A model generated the notes under the pieces. It was not told the DNA's origin. It did not search any database and saw only the letters and a list, made by a program, of their open reading frames with translations. Below, piece by piece: positions 53,831 through 62,337 of a stretch of DNA of 64,000 nt; position 1 is the first letter of the stretch; every line of letters starts with the position of its first letter. Source of the DNA: a virus (taxonomy: Duplodnaviria > Caudoviricetes); IMG/VR virus record IMGVR_UViG_3300022915_000001, positions 9,210 through 73,209 of that record. The stretch is one strand, 5' to 3'. A program made the position numbers and the translations under genes.

Positions 53831-54122
53831 TCTTCTTCCTCAGGGCGGCGAGTTCCTGCTTGAGCTTCTTGCGCTTCTCGTCCTTGGGCATCAGGTCGTC
53901 GATCTCGGCCTGCATCGCTTTCTCCTTCTCGATCAGCCTGAGCTTGTTCTTTTCGACGACGGCCACGAGGAGCTTGCGGTTGGCCTCGCCGAGCCACGGC
54001 GGCAGATCGATCTCGTGCGAGGCGTAGTGCTGGGAGAGCATGTTCGCCGCGCACTCCAGTTCCATCACCTCGTCGAGCGTGAAGCGCGAAGTGTCGATGT
54101 TCTTGAGGATTGAGGTGTCCAT
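53808..54122 (-). CDS. Coiled-coil hypothetical protein
   Basis: Start MDTSILKNID, SD AGGAAGGA. Confidence 0.6.
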   Translation of the reverse strand: MDTSILKNIDTSRFTLDEVMELECAANMLSQHYASHEIDLPPWLGEANRKLLVAVVEKNKLRLIEKEKAMQAEIDDLMPKDEKRKKLKQELAALRKKNGPGTAA

Positions 54123-54259
54123 AATGTCCTTCCTGACGTACTTGAATCCGGTCCCGAAACAGGTATCGCAGTGACCGGCGATCTGCGAACGGCACGCTGG
54201 CTTGCACCATTCGTTCGACCGGACGAACTGGCCTTTGGGTGACGAGTAGCTGCTGGGTG

Positions 54260-54493
54260 TCACGCCTGGTGTCCTTTCTGATGCTTCACGAATGCCGCCG
54301 CCGAGATCTGCTCCCCGCACACGGGGCAGGGCGCGGTGACTGGCCGGCGGCCTACCGGCCGGCGGTACGGCTCATGGCCGAGTTGCCCCCGCAGGTAGTC
54401 GCTCATCGAGAGCGAGACGGTCTTGGCCCTCTCGCGCAAGTCGCTCAATTCTTCGTCTGTGAGTATCACCGATATATTCGGCATTGCATTCAC
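54260..54493 (-). CDS. Ribbon-helix-helix (CopG-like) regulator with a C-terminal zinc finger
   Basis: NISVILTDEELSDLRERAKTVSLSMSDYLR, then CPVCG...H...H; divergent from the promoter at 54517. Confidence 0.7.
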   Translation of the reverse strand: MNAMPNISVILTDEELSDLRERAKTVSLSMSDYLRGQLGHEPYRRPVGRRPVTAPCPVCGEQISAAAFVKHQKGHQA

Positions 54494-54516
54494 CAGTTTA
54501 CTATACGCACGTTACC

Positions 54517-54546
54517 TTGCCAATGTACATCGAATTACCGTAGAAT
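54517..54546 (+). promoter_or_regulatory. Sigma70-like promoter
   Basis: TTGCCA-18-TAGAAT, then GAGGTGAA SD. Confidence 0.55.
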
Positions 54547-54566
54547 CTTAAGTGAGGTGAAACCGA

Positions 54567-54752
54567 TTGATTATACTGACGATTCCCGATGAAGTGCGGA
54601 TGCCTGCCTTCGAGGCGGTCCTGCACGAGGACGGCTCGGTCGAGGTGACGGCGCCCGATCTGAGGATACGCCTGACCGACAAGCTCTCCCGGCCCGAGCA
54701 GATCCTGGCGCGGCTCATGCTCAGTCTCGGCCTCAGGCGGCTGGCACGGTGA
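54567..54752 (+). CDS. Hypothetical protein, 61 aa
   Basis: Follows the SD; TTG/ATT-type start uncertain. Confidence 0.5.
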   Translation: MIILTIPDEVRMPAFEAVLHEDGSVEVTAPDLRIRLTDKLSRPEQILARLMLSLGLRRLAR

Positions 54753-55018
54753 GCCGCCGCAAGTTCAACGTCTGGCGCGACGGGTACGTGCATGTGAAGG
54801 CACGCATGTGCAAGACGTGCATCTACCGGAAGGACTCGCCGCTCTACGACGTGGCGATCAAGGCAGAGGCAATGGCTTTGGGGACGGGCGTGATCTGCCA
54901 CTCCACGCTGCTCACGCGCCCACGGGCGAACGCAGTGTGCGCTGGGTTCATGGCCCACGATAGAACGCCGGCCCTCAGGCTGGCCGAGGCAATGGGCCTC
55001 GTCAGGAAGGTGAAATGA
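54749..55018 (+). CDS. Cys-rich hypothetical protein
   Basis: CKTCIY...CH...CAGF. Confidence 0.6.
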   Translation: MSRRKFNVWRDGYVHVKARMCKTCIYRKDSPLYDVAIKAEAMALGTGVICHSTLLTRPRANAVCAGFMAHDRTPALRLAEAMGLVRKVK

Positions 55019-55260
55019 GCCATCCCCTCGAAGACCTTGCCGGCCCGCTGGCATGGCAGTTCGCCGTCCTCATGTTCATCTGCCTCGCCGTCGTGGGCTG
55101 GGGCATCTACCGGCAGATCCGCGAAGAGGACGTGGAAGGCTGGCAAGTCAACTGGGAGCCGGTCCTGGTGGCCCTGCTCGAAGTGACCATCGTGATCGTA
55201 ATTTTGTGGAAGGTGGATCACTGGGTGAGCCTGCTGATCCGAACGGAAGGAGCGCGATGA
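55015..55260 (+). CDS. Two-TM membrane protein
   Basis: Two hydrophobic segments. Confidence 0.55.
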   Translation: MSHPLEDLAGPLAWQFAVLMFICLAVVGWGIYRQIREEDVEGWQVNWEPVLVALLEVTIVIVILWKVDHWVSLLIRTEGAR

Positions 55261-55487
55261 CGTATCTGGAAGACAAGTTCGTGGACTGGCTGGGCCATGT
55301 TTTCGGGAACCGGCAACTGCCTCAGGTCCCGATTGTGCTGGAACTGCTGAAGGTGACCTTCTATGCCGGGGCACGATCGTACCAGGAAGCGGCGAAGCAT
55401 CCCAAGGTACGGGCCAACGCAGACCAAGAGCTCGCGGCCCTCGAGAAGAAGATCAAGGACGAGGTGAAGAATGACCAACCAAGCTGA
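55257..55487 (+). CDS. Hypothetical protein, 76 aa
   Basis: ATGA overlap; SD GGAAGGAG. Confidence 0.55.
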   Translation: MTYLEDKFVDWLGHVFGNRQLPQVPIVLELLKVTFYAGARSYQEAAKHPKVRANADQELAALEKKIKDEVKNDQPS

Positions 55488-55604
55488 GTTCGACCGCCTC
55501 TGCGATAACGTCAAGCCCAAAGCGAAACTACCCCGAGCGTTTCACCTATGGAGCCGAGCCATGCAGGTTCTATGGCTGAAGCAGAATCAGAAGCCGGTGA
55601 AACG

Positions 55605-56417
55605 ATGAGCTTCCTCAATTCACTCAACAGCGCCCACTCGCGCGAGCGTTACGCCGCGGTCTGGCGCGGCTTCGACCGGGACCTGACGGCGGCCGGCATC
55701 CAGAGCTACGTGGCCGAGCGCCGGGACGCTGGCTATGCCCCGGCCACGGTCAACCTGCACCTGAGCGCCCTGAAGCACCTCGCGCGGCAGACGGCCCCGG
55801 CCTCCGAGCTTGCGGCCATCGACGCCATCAAGGGGATGCCGATCCGCGGCGTGCGAATGGGAACGTGGCTCTCGCTGGATCAGGTTACCGATCTCCTGTC
55901 CCCGGGCCCGGGCCTCCAGGCGGCGCGGGACCGCGCCTTGCTGGCGCTCCTGACCGGCTGCGCCCTGCGCCGGTCAGAACTGGCAGACCTGAAATTTACC
56001 CACTTGCAGACGCTGGACGGGCGTCTCGTGCTCCTGGACCTCGTAGGGAAGGGCCGCAGGGTACGGACGGTCCCGGTCCCGTCCTGGGGCATCCTGGCGC
56101 TGAATTCCTGGCTGGAAATGGCCGGGGTCACGGAAGGCCCCGTCCTCAGGCGGGTGCACCGGGGAACGGTGCAAGCGGAAGGTCTGACACCGGACCACAT
56201 TCACGAGGTGGTCAGAAGGGCCGGCTGCCGTATCGGCGTCCCCAAGCTGGCCCCCCACGATTTGCGGAGAACCTTCGCAAGACTCGCGCTCAAGGGACGC
56301 GCCGATCTCACCCAGATCCAACTGACCTTGGGCCACTCCAGCGTGGCCGTGACCGACAGGTATCTGAAGTCCACGGTCGACCTGGAAAACCCAGCGTGTG
56401 ACGCTATCCGAATTTGA
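55605..56417 (+). CDS. Tyrosine recombinase (XerC/D-like core-binding plus catalytic domains, no arm-binding domain)
   Basis: RDRALLALLTGCALRRSEL (R), GKGRRVRTVP (K), PHDLRRTFA (H-x-x-R), LGHSSVAVTDRY (H, Y). Confidence 0.92.
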   Translation: MSFLNSLNSAHSRERYAAVWRGFDRDLTAAGIQSYVAERRDAGYAPATVNLHLSALKHLARQTAPASELAAIDAIKGMPIRGVRMGTWLSLDQVTDLLSPGPGLQAARDRALLALLTGCALRRSELADLKFTHLQTLDGRLVLLDLVGKGRRVRTVPVPSWGILALNSWLEMAGVTEGPVLRRVHRGTVQAEGLTPDHIHEVVRRAGCRIGVPKLAPHDLRRTFARLALKGRADLTQIQLTLGHSSVAVTDRYLKSTVDLENPACDAIRI

Positions 56418-56426
56418 AAGGAACCA

Positions 56427-56924
56427 ATGTCCAAACGAGTGAAGACCGAGAAGGAAAAGGCGCAAGCGAGGATCTACTCGCGCAAGTGGTACGCCAGGAA
56501 GCAGGAGGAGAAGCGCGAGGCAGAAGCCGCGGCGCTGGACCGAACCTCTCCCGGCCCGAAAATGAAGCACGTCGTCCAGATCGAGCCTGAACGGAGGGGC
56601 GCAGCAACCGTCCGCGCTGATAAACGCGCCGCACGCAAGCAGAAGGCCATCAGGGAGGAGGAGATCATCAAGAAGGCGGCGGCCAAACTCGCCTCTGACG
56701 TAGAGCGCGACTACGGCCCCGGCAAGCAGCGCGTCTACCCGCTCGATCTCGGCCAGCGGATCATCCCCCCCTCGATGGCCGAGGTCATGACCGCGCTCCA
56801 GAAGATCAGCTACGCCGTCCAGGAGTCCGGTGCGATGGTGGCCGTGTTCACCTGGCCTGACGGGTCGAGCGCCACGTTCGACAGTCTCGGCGCCATCCTC
56901 TGCAAGCCGCCGGTCCTCTCCTAG
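56427..56924 (+). CDS. Basic hypothetical protein, 165 aa
   Basis: SD GAAAGGA; directly after the recombinase. Confidence 0.6.
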   Translation: MSKRVKTEKEKAQARIYSRKWYARKQEEKREAEAAALDRTSPGPKMKHVVQIEPERRGAATVRADKRAARKQKAIREEEIIKKAAAKLASDVERDYGPGKQRVYPLDLGQRIIPPSMAEVMTALQKISYAVQESGAMVAVFTWPDGSSATFDSLGAILCKPPVLS

Positions 56925-57265
56925 TCTGCCCGCAGGATGCGGAGTTCAAAGAAGTCCTCCAGTTCCGGTTTCGCCGCGATGATCTTCCTCGCGTAGCGGC
57001 TGCGGAAATTGTTGTTCAGCTTGAACTCCTCGTCCATCCCCTTCTCGATCTGGAAGTGCCATCTCATCCGCTCCCACAGTGCGCCGATCCCGTAGTGCCT
57101 GAACCCGCGCCGCCCCACCTCTTCGATCAGGATGAGCAGGTACTCATAGACCTCTGGGTGCGCCTCGTCGAAGTCGAGGAAGGCTTGCTGGATGGAACGG
57201 TTCCCCCCAGGAGGATCGGGAGGATCGGGAGGTACGAGATCCCAATCGAAGGACGACTGTTCCAA
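56921..57265 (-). CDS. Hypothetical phage protein, 114 aa
   Basis: FLDFDEAHPEVY...LWERMRW...FKLNNNFRSRYAR pattern. Confidence 0.65.
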   Translation of the reverse strand: MEQSSFDWDLVPPDPPDPPGGNRSIQQAFLDFDEAHPEVYEYLLILIEEVGRRGFRHYGIGALWERMRWHFQIEKGMDEEFKLNNNFRSRYARKIIAAKPELEDFFELRILRAD

Positions 57266-57284
57266 ACGCCGTTCATCATATCGC

Positions 57285-57536
57285 TCATTGGATCTTCGAT
57301 GTTTGTGGTGGAACGAATTTTTTCCCAGCGTTGTTCGCTAAACGCCGTTGGTCTGGATAATTCCCGTGCTCGTCGCAGAGGCACACCAGCATACAGCCGC
57401 CTCTCTTCTCGTCGAAACCGTCAGTTCTGTCGTTGTAGTTTGCTCTGGCTATCAGATGCCGGTGCGTAGCCTTTTCGAGACACTGTTCACCGGCCCCGTT
57501 AGAGGATTGGCATCGTCCCAAACTCTTCTTTTTCAC
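57285..57536 (-). CDS. Cys/His-rich hypothetical protein
   Basis: GTG start overlapping the upstream stop. Confidence 0.45.
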   Translation of the reverse strand: MKKKSLGRCQSSNGAGEQCLEKATHRHLIARANYNDRTDGFDEKRGGCMLVCLCDEHGNYPDQRRLANNAGKKFVPPQTSKIQ

Positions 57537-57832
57537 AGTGCCATCCTGGATTCTATGTCGCACGGCAGACACCGCGGCCTGGTCGTCAAGGTCACCTCGG
57601 CGATGCGTCCGCAACCCTCCTGGCAGGGCGGCGGGTCCAGGCACAACCTCGCCTCCTCGCGCCACTGATCGCCGGCACGGCAACCGCACGGAGCTTGCCA
57701 CTGCCACAACTCCTCCAGTCGGACCTGAGCCGGCCGCTTGGGGACCGGCACGATGCCGGTGTCCCCGCAGAGTTCGCACGCGGTTTTCTTAATCTTCTGG
57801 CCGGTGGTGGTGGTCAGGACTTTACTCGGCAT
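57533..57832 (-). CDS. Multi-zinc-finger hypothetical protein
   Basis: CELCGDTG, PCGC, CQEGC, CLPC. Confidence 0.6.
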   Translation of the reverse strand: MPSKVLTTTTGQKIKKTACELCGDTGIVPVPKRPAQVRLEELWQWQAPCGCRAGDQWREEARLCLDPPPCQEGCGRIAEVTLTTRPRCLPCDIESRMAL

Positions 57833-58482
57833 CGTTCGTACTCCTCAAGGATCGTTGTCAGGAACAGCCCGGGCCCTTGCTGCTTGGCCCTCTTCCGCTT
57901 CCAGGCGTTCGTGGCGAGGTAGGCGATCTGCTCGTCGGACAGATCCGGGTCTTTCCTGAGCGCGGTGTCCACGATGTTTCGGATCAGACCTTCGCCGGTC
58001 TCGGGGAAGGGTTCGCGGATGGCAGCAGCAGCCAGCGGCCAGACGACAGACGCTGCTGCTGCTGCTGTATATGTTGTTGTTGCTGTATATGCTGCTGCTG
58101 AGGGCATCGGGTCTGAAATGGGGTCGCTATGGGGTTGCCATCTTGCCTTCGCGCCGTTTAACCCGGATTCCCTTTGTTTTCTTCGATAGTCATCCATCGC
58201 CTCGATGGTCCGGTCGACCTTAGGATGATGTAACCGTCCACTCACCTGTACGAAGCAGTGCCTGACTTTTACCCACGCACGGTCGAAGTCGCGCCCTCGG
58301 ATGCCTGCTATCGACACCAAGGCGTCCCTCTCAACGGGTAGTGAGCCTTCCTTCGCAGCGTAGAAGATAAGCTCCCAGAGGAGACCTCGCTCGGCCAGAT
58401 TGAGGCGCATCCTGGTTTCTGAGTCGCGCCAATCCGAAACGTAGACAGGGTACGAGTGAACGGTCAATTTAGGCTTGCTCAT
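57814..58482 (-). CDS. Replication initiator-like protein (DUF1376/YdaU-like)
   Basis: YPVYVSDWRDSETRMRLNLAERGLLWELI...GSLP N-terminal domain and a low-complexity linker. Confidence 0.75.
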   Translation of the reverse strand: MSKPKLTVHSYPVYVSDWRDSETRMRLNLAERGLLWELIFYAAKEGSLPVERDALVSIAGIRGRDFDRAWVKVRHCFVQVSGRLHHPKVDRTIEAMDDYRRKQRESGLNGAKARWQPHSDPISDPMPSAAAYTATTTYTAAAAASVVWPLAAAAIREPFPETGEGLIRNIVDTALRKDPDLSDEQIAYLATNAWKRKRAKQQGPGLFLTTILEEYERCRVKS

Positions 58483-58597
58483 GCGCCCTCCTAGTGGGCT
58501 TCCGGGGCCGGGGGGCTAGGAGTTCCCCCGGCTTGGTCCCGGCTAATCCGTTCGTACAGCGGGGGAGCTACCCTCGCTGCTTCCGTCGAACGGGTCA

Positions 58598-58627
58598 AGT
58601 CTATCAATAGCAGTTCCCTTTGCGCAA
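58598..58627 (-). promoter_or_regulatory. Sigma70-like promoter upstream of the replication gene
   Basis: TTGCGC-18-TAGACT on the minus strand. Confidence 0.45.
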
Positions 58628-58657
58628 GATGTTTTTCGGATTTACGCTCAAACCCAC

Positions 58658-58867
58658 TCACTTCCGCTCAAGCACACGCGCGAGGTTCTCTCGGGCCGCG
58701 ATCCGCACCTGGAGTTCCTCGCGCACCTCCACCAGGCGGTCCCCGGCATCCTGAATGCGCGTGTGCAGTTTGCGCTGTTCGCGCGTGTTCATCTGTGTGG
58801 CCCAAGCAGCCTCGTCGAGGCAGGCGATGGCCTCTCGGACCCGCTCCAGTATCTCTTTGTCATCCAT
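58658..58867 (-). CDS. Coiled-coil hypothetical protein
   Basis: GAGGTGAA SD. Confidence 0.55.
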   Translation of the reverse strand: MDDKEILERVREAIACLDEAAWATQMNTREQRKLHTRIQDAGDRLVEVREELQVRIAARENLARVLERK

Positions 58868-59237
58868 GTCGTTTCACCTCGGCAATGATTTCCTCGAGAG
58901 CGGCCGGCTGGATCTGGGACGGCGCCAGTCTCCAGACGCGCCAACCGAGGACGGCGGCGCGGTTGTATTTGGTGGTGTCTTCGAGAAAACCCTTCATCCG
59001 CAAATGAGCGCCCCGGCCAGCGCCCTCGGCGATCCCGCCCTCGATCTCCACGGCGATTCGGGCTGCCGGCCAAGCGAAGTCGAAGCGCCACTTCCGGTCA
59101 GGCGCGAATCGGAACTCGCGCTCGGGCCGGGGACCGCCGAGAGCTTTCCAGGCGATCAGGAACCGCTCCTCGGGTTCACTGGGTGCTCGCGGAATCTTTG
59201 GCTTTGAGCTTGGCTTTGATCTCGTCTTCGTGTCCAA
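58860..59237 (-). CDS. PD-(D/E)XK / Vsr-like endonuclease
   Basis: EFRFAPDRKWRFDFAWPAARIAVEIEGG...KYNRAAVLGWRV. Confidence 0.8.
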   Translation of the reverse strand: MDTKTRSKPSSKPKIPRAPSEPEERFLIAWKALGGPRPEREFRFAPDRKWRFDFAWPAARIAVEIEGGIAEGAGRGAHLRMKGFLEDTTKYNRAAVLGWRVWRLAPSQIQPAALEEIIAEVKRHG

Positions 59238-59436
59238 TGATCTGCTCCACCAGTAGTTGCACCATGTTGTCCAGGTCCCGCGCCGCCGAGCCCGGGCGCA
59301 TGACGCCGTACAGTTGATACGTAATCTCGGAGGTGACGATCTCGATCTCCACCAGGTCTTCCCCGGCGCGGTACATGTTCACGCGATTGCCTTGTTGCAG
59401 GAGTCCCGCGAGGTTCACGTCGAGGGAATACCTCAT
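59176..59436 (-). CDS. Hypothetical protein, 86 aa
   Basis: Start MRYSLDVNL overlapping the upstream stop. Confidence 0.5.
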   Translation of the reverse strand: MRYSLDVNLAGLLQQGNRVNMYRAGEDLVEIEIVTSEITYQLYGVMRPGSAARDLDNMVQLLVEQIIGHEDEIKAKLKAKDSASTQ

Positions 59437-60137
59437 CCGTGCCGCCTCCCCCCGTAGACCGAGAAGAGGCCGCTGGTCCGAGCGCCGCCGCGCTGCTCCT
59501 CGTCTGCCGAAATGGATTCCGGTTCCGGTTCGACATGGTTGGCCCACTGCTTCGCCGGCAGTTCAAACAGTCCGGTGTTACCTTCCTGCGTCCACGGCGT
59601 GAGCCACAATTCGATACGAGGATTTTCTGCATCCTTGTACAGCCGCGTGCCATCGAAAGAGCGGAGCAGCACGTCGTCCTGGAGGATGCCCACGTCTTCG
59701 AGGAAGTCTCCGATCCCCTGCACGTAGCCGCACCAGTCCCCCACGTCCCGGTCCCGGTAGATCTTCGCCATCATGTGACAGGCGTAGTTTATGGGGAAGT
59801 ACATGCGGAACGGCTCGAGAACCGGCAGGATGCCGGTGATCGCCGCGGCTTCCCAGTCCCGGTAGGCTTGCGAGGGGAGGAGCCGCGGGTGCGGCAGCAC
59901 GGTCTCCCGGTTGTTGAGCCACTGGATGACCTCGTTCTCACTGACGGTCACCTCGGTATTCTCGCGCTCCCAGTCCAGGATGAAGTTCCTCAGGAACGCA
60001 TCGGACACGTTCCTCACCAGCACTGGGCTATTCTTCTTGGTACGGGGCGCACCGGGGATGACCAGCTTGAGAGAATTGGGTATCCGCTCGGCGGCTTCGT
60101 CGGGCAGACTGGCACGCCATGTTTCTAGGGCGCTCAA
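59433..60137 (-). CDS. RusA-like Holliday junction resolvase with an insertion
   Basis: [10 protein letters not shown]...[25 protein letters not shown]...PRIELWL. Confidence 0.7.
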   Translation of the reverse strand: MSALETWRASLPDEAAERIPNSLKLVIPGAPRTKKNSPVLVRNVSDAFLRNFILDWERENTEVTVSENEVIQWLNNRETVLPHPRLLPSQAYRDWEAAAITGILPVLEPFRMYFPINYACHMMAKIYRDRDVGDWCGYVQGIGDFLEDVGILQDDVLLRSFDGTRLYKDAENPRIELWLTPWTQEGNTGLFELPAKQWANHVEPEPESISADEEQRGGARTSGLFSVYGGRRHG

Positions 60138-60138
60138 G

Positions 60139-60636
60139 TTAATCCTCCAGACCGGCGCTGGCCTTTACTTTACTTGGCTCTGCTTCCGCTTGTTTTTCCC
60201 CGTCCAATAATTCCTGAAATTTTACCTGGAAGTGGTGGATTATACGCTGATTCGCCATCCAGTAACCGGCGAGTTGATGGAAGGCCCCCTTGTCCGAGGT
60301 CTTCAAAACGAACTTGACGGAGTGTTTCGCTTTGTCACCGCCACTGGTGTCCTCGGCCTCGATGCCCTTGAACTTCTGGATCGAGTCGAACTCCACCGAG
60401 AACGCGCCTGCAGGCTTGCCGTTCGGCTTGAACGTCCCGCTCCCTTTGCCCACGCTGGACTTCAGATCGACGCTGGGTCCCCAGCCATCGGCTTCGAGCA
60501 GGGCGCTCCAGCCCATCTCGTCTGCCACCGGCTTCGATAGCGTGGCCCTCATGTGCAGCGAGGTCATGAAGCCATTCTCCATCCCTCTGAGTTCTAGATG
60601 GAGTATCTCTACTCCCCGGAACAGGCATCCTGGCAT
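60139..60636 (-). CDS. Hypothetical protein, 165 aa
   Basis: ORF track; packed. Confidence 0.55.
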   Translation of the reverse strand: MPGCLFRGVEILHLELRGMENGFMTSLHMRATLSKPVADEMGWSALLEADGWGPSVDLKSSVGKGSGTFKPNGKPAGAFSVEFDSIQKFKGIEAEDTSGGDKAKHSVKFVLKTSDKGAFHQLAGYWMANQRIIHHFQVKFQELLDGEKQAEAEPSKVKASAGLED

Positions 60637-60908
60637 TGTTGGTTCCCTTCTTTTCGGACTCTATACAGCCATCGGGCGCGGGCCCGGGCCTCGGGCGTGA
60701 TCTTCCTCTTGATCGGAGGGCGCTGGGGCGGCTCCTCCACCGACTTGGCAAAGCGCCGGTCCCGCGCCGGCCCCTGCTCGGTGATCTCCTCGCCTTCCTC
60801 GGCGGCGATCATGACGGCGTCCGGTATGTCGTCCTGCCTCATGTCGCCATACCCTGCCCTGATCAGGGCGTCCAGTTCGGCGAATCGCTTCTTGTCCTTG
60901 ATAGCCAT
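60609..60908 (-). CDS. Hypothetical protein, about 99 aa
   Basis: Start MAIKDKKRF, SD GGAGGT. Confidence 0.5.
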   Translation of the reverse strand: MAIKDKKRFAELDALIRAGYGDMRQDDIPDAVMIAAEEGEEITEQGPARDRRFAKSVEEPPQRPPIKRKITPEARARARWLYRVRKEGNQQCQDACSGE

Positions 60909-60986
60909 TGGTTGAACCACCTCCGGTCTAGAGATTCCCGCCGTTGTAAGTCCAAAGAACTTACGAGTGTGAGCCAGACTGGGCAT

Positions 60987-61520
60987 TTACTTGGCCTTGC
61001 GTTGCTGGTCAGCCTTGTACCGTGTATACAAATCCCAGAGCGGCAGATCGCCATAGATAGCTACCAGCGAGGCGGCAAATTCGTTGCCGGCCTTGAGCAG
61101 GAGGTAAGTCTGCTGGTCAGCCAGGATGGATTTAGCGAGTAAAGCCAAGGCCAGGTCCCGTTCTGCCGTCAAGGTATCGAGGTAGCAGGTATAGGAACAG
61201 TGATTCGGCTTGTCGTAGTAAGTCACGTTATAGGGAATGCCCCGGAATTCCTCCATCTCCGAGAACTCCAACTGGCGCGACACCTCGGCCTCGTCTTCCG
61301 GTTTCACCTCGGTTCTTTTCAGGAGACCGGAGAGCATACGGCGCAAATCGGCACGCGCCATACCGCGCCAGAGTTTTTCGATGAGCCATTCGGCCCGCGC
61401 CTCAACACGTACCGCCACTGTTTCCAGATCCGTCGAGCCGGTTCTCAGACAGGCAACGATTTCTTCGCGGCCGATCTTAAGTAGCTTTTTTCGTAACGAG
61501 CCCAGGTCTTCGTGGTGCAT
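60987..61520 (-). CDS. Hypothetical protein, 177 aa
   Basis: ORF track; helical. Confidence 0.55.
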   Translation of the reverse strand: MHHEDLGSLRKKLLKIGREEIVACLRTGSTDLETVAVRVEARAEWLIEKLWRGMARADLRRMLSGLLKRTEVKPEDEAEVSRQLEFSEMEEFRGIPYNVTYYDKPNHCSYTCYLDTLTAERDLALALLAKSILADQQTYLLLKAGNEFAASLVAIYGDLPLWDLYTRYKADQQRKAK

Positions 61521-62337
61521 TTGGTTGATCCCTTTGTAATCTAACTAGACAATTGATCGCGCGTTCCAGGTCTTCGGAAAAGCGAAAGGCGCTTACCCTG
61601 GTAAGTCCTTCCCACGTTTCCTTCCCTGAAACCGCAAAGTGAGAGATTATTTCGACCGCTTCGGCGAGTCCGCGGAATACTCGTATATCGAACGCGCGGC
61701 GCTCGTCTTTTTCCTTGTCTGCCTTGGTCTTGCGGATTCGATTGACGATCTCGCGTTGATCTTCCCTCGGCATCGCCACGATGCGCTTCTGTTCATCCTT
61801 GGGCTGCGAGGCGATCTTGGCGGCGGCGTCGATGGAGACCTTGCCGCTATCCATTGCCGCGCGGAGTTCCGGTACTCCTTTGGCAACCACTGCCTTGGCG
61901 CGTTTGAATGTTTCCGCGCTCTTGAAGCCGGCCCGCTGGGCGGCGAGGGTTACCGTTCTGCCGGTAGCGGCAATTGCACCTACCACCGAGCGCAGGTTGA
62001 CTCCCTTCCGGTTGCCCAGTTCTCTCTCGATGGCTTCGCCGATCTTGGCGCGTTCGCTCGGCGTGAACTGCTTGCGGAACTCATTCTCGGCGTACTCGCC
62101 CGCCAGCACTGAATCGATATCCAGGATGACCGCCGGGATCTTTTTCCATTTCAGATGGATTTGGCACGCTTCCAGCCGCCGGCCGCCAAAGATGAGTTGG
62201 TAGTAGCGGTCGACGCCGATAGGTTGGAGCAGACCCAGTTCGGCGATATTGGCGGCGAGGCCCTCAATGTCTCCTGCGTCCATCCGCTGGCGATTTCCGA
62301 TCTTGATCTTGCTGATCGGAATTTCCTCGTGCTTCAT
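61477..62337 (-). CDS. ParB/Spo0J-like N-terminal domain protein with an HTH
   Basis: IPISKIKIGNRQRMD...GLLQPIGV...LIFGGRRLEAC...EN..RKQFTPSE. Confidence 0.85.
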   Translation of the reverse strand: MKHEEIPISKIKIGNRQRMDAGDIEGLAANIAELGLLQPIGVDRYYQLIFGGRRLEACQIHLKWKKIPAVILDIDSVLAGEYAENEFRKQFTPSERAKIGEAIERELGNRKGVNLRSVVGAIAATGRTVTLAAQRAGFKSAETFKRAKAVVAKGVPELRAAMDSGKVSIDAAAKIASQPKDEQKRIVAMPREDQREIVNRIRKTKADKEKDERRAFDIRVFRGLAEAVEIISHFAVSGKETWEGLTRVSAFRFSEDLERAINCLVRLQRDQPNAPRRPGLVTKKAT

